Part shown: piece after piece, positions 62,195-64,000 of the stretch
Position numbering within the stretch: position 1 is the stretch's first letter
Layout: each line of letters starts with the position of its first letter
Assembly: GCA_003971905.1 (NCBI GenBank)
Contig: RSEE01000110.1
Span: 124,001-188,000 of the forward strand
Origin: Moniliella sp. 'wahieum'
Lineage: Eukaryota
Direction: 5' to 3'
DNA: 64,000 nucleotides
Notes under the pieces: model-generated
Seen by the model: the letters and a program-made list of their open reading frames with translations, nothing else
Told to the model about the DNA's origin: nothing
Databases searched by the model: none
Translations under genes and position numbers: made by a program

Positions 62195-64000
62195 ATGGCT
62201 GCACGCCACCACTGCCTTCTCGCCTCGGCTGGGCTCTGCACTGGGATGGAACGGCGGCTGTCAGGCAGCAGCACCGCCTCCGCCTCGTCGGCGCCGCGCC
62301 GCGCCTCGCTCCTCAACCTCCTCGACGGCGGCGAGCCTGGCCCACGCCCACTGCTGCAGCACCCGCACGCACACGCACACCCACACCCGCACGCCCTCCC
62401 CGCCGCCTCCACCTCCACCCCCGCCTCGCCCGCCCTCGCCTCCGCCCCGCCCCCGGCCTCCGCCCCCTCCGCCCCCCGCCGCTCCCTCGCCTCGCTCCTC
62501 AACCCATCCCCCGATGCCGCCGCCGCCGCCCCGCCCCGACCCAAGCGCCCATCTGCTCCCTACAGCCCCTCGCTCTCCTCCATGCCCGCCCCCGCCTCGG
62601 GCCCTGCCTCTGCCTTCTCTCACCCCGCCGACCGCTCGACCCACTCCCTCTTCTCCTCCCCCAGCATTGCCGATGCGGCCCACCCGCCGCCCCGCAACCA
62701 CCCCGACGCGGCCGCCACCGACACTGACACCGACACCGACTCTGGTACCGATCCCGACCGTGGCGCCAACCAAGCCGCCGAGCTTGAGCCCGAGTCGGAT
62801 GATGACTTGGCGAAGGAATTGGACCAGGAGCTGGACCAGGCTGCCAACACCACCGTCTCGGAGCATTCAGTCGCCCATTCGGCCCAGCCCCCTTTGACCG
62901 ACCCTCCATCATCGCCACACGTGGAGTACGTGCCCAACAATGAACAACAACAACATCGCAAACGCCTCCGGGCAACCCCGGAACGCGCTTCCCCTTCCTC
63001 TGTCACTGGCTCTCCTGAGCTTAAACGAATTCGCTCTACCGAGCCTCCTGCTCGTGCTGAAGCACAACCTGTGGTGCTACCGGCGCCCAAGCGTTCCCAA
63101 CGTCCTTACCGTCCCACCAAGCGCGTGTCAGAGGCAAGCCCGGAACTCTTTGTTGGTCTGTCGGCAGTTGCTGTGGCAGCGATGAAGCGCGATGCCCAGG
63201 CGCGCAATGTTTTGCGCCAGCGTGCCGCCGGCGTCACCTCGGATCAGCCCTCTCGCTCTGGTCCCGTGATCACATCCAACCCAACTGCTGTAGCTGGGCA
63301 CTACAATGCTCGTCGCGATCAAGGCGAGCAAAGACGCCAGGCCTCCCCCATCTTACCGTTGCGCAACCTCAATAACTGGATCAAGTCTGTCGTCATTCAA
63401 CGCTTTGGCTCCCAAGCTTTGGCGGAGGCGGCCAAGGCTGGTATACGCGGCACTGTTCTCGAACTTGGCGCCGGGAAAGGTGGTGACTTGCACAAGTGGG
63501 CTCGTGTGCGCCCTGGGCCGGACGAGGTGGTGCTGTGTGACATTGCCGCTTCGTCGATCGCCGACGCGGAGCGAAGATACGCCAACTCGGAGTTGGCTCC
63601 CAAACCAGGACCGTCGGGGTATTGAGCTGCGCAAAGGGCAGTTCCGTGCCCAGTTCCATGCGTTTGACTGTTTTGGTGAGCCCATTGAAAACAACCTCCC
63701 CCTGCCGCCCCCAGGGCAGGGATTTTCAGTGACCAGCCTTCAGTTTTGCCTTCATTACGGCTGGAGTTCGGAGGCTGCTGCTCGGCAGATGATGCACAAC
63801 GCCGCTCGCCTTCTCCGTCCGGGTGGCGTGATGATTGCGACCCTCCCCGATCCCGATGTGATCCGCCAACGTATCGGCTCGGGCCAAGGCCAACAGGTCG
63901 GCCATTCCTTTGGCAACTCGCGCTATAGCGTCACTTTCCCCCCGCCCCCTTTGCAGGCGCTGACTTTGGGGAGGCATACGTCTTCTACCTGGAAGATGCA
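62195..64000 (+). CDS. ABD1: mRNA cap guanine-N7 methyltransferase (3'-partial)
   Basis: VAGHYNAR, RQASPILPLRNLNNWIKS, VLELGAGKGGDLHKW, QFCLHY, FYLEDA. Confidence 0.93.

Overview
Gene-dense, intron-poor basidiomycete genomic DNA (probably Ustilaginomycotina-like; this is inferred from gene content and GTRMGT/CTRAC/YAG introns). It holds about 28 recognisable protein-coding loci: striatin, Tsp2 tetraspanin, SNG1-like, NmrA-like, a WHIM/PHD chromatin protein, mL41, RVS161, AVT1, ATG9, USE1, a moaA+moaC (MOCS1-type) locus, PMA1, PhoD-like, PPT2, NOP13-like, RPL14, ADE1, RSM23, partial RPL27, PMP3-like, GMC oxidoreductase, AKR, glutaredoxin, IST2, APN2 and ABD1. There are also two intron-containing tRNAs. 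Nearly all genes, including essential ones, carry single-base frameshifts that are most likely consensus errors, so some boundaries are approximate. Highlights: (1) intergenic DNA repeatedly follows a phased 7-bp grammar, TNA + 4-bp palindrome, that no annotated feature explains; (2) a young, internally deleted copia element with identical 159-bp LTRs, an in-frame UAG followed by an 8-nt spacer and hairpin between gag and protease, and a CHHC knuckle; (3) a bicistronic moaA-moaC locus with a candidate GC-AG intron that removes the GG-stop, and a linker containing a duplicated 28-aa motif with 13 synonymous vs 1 non-synonymous codon differences; (4) a decayed aspartate aminotransferase relic in the ATG9 promoter region.
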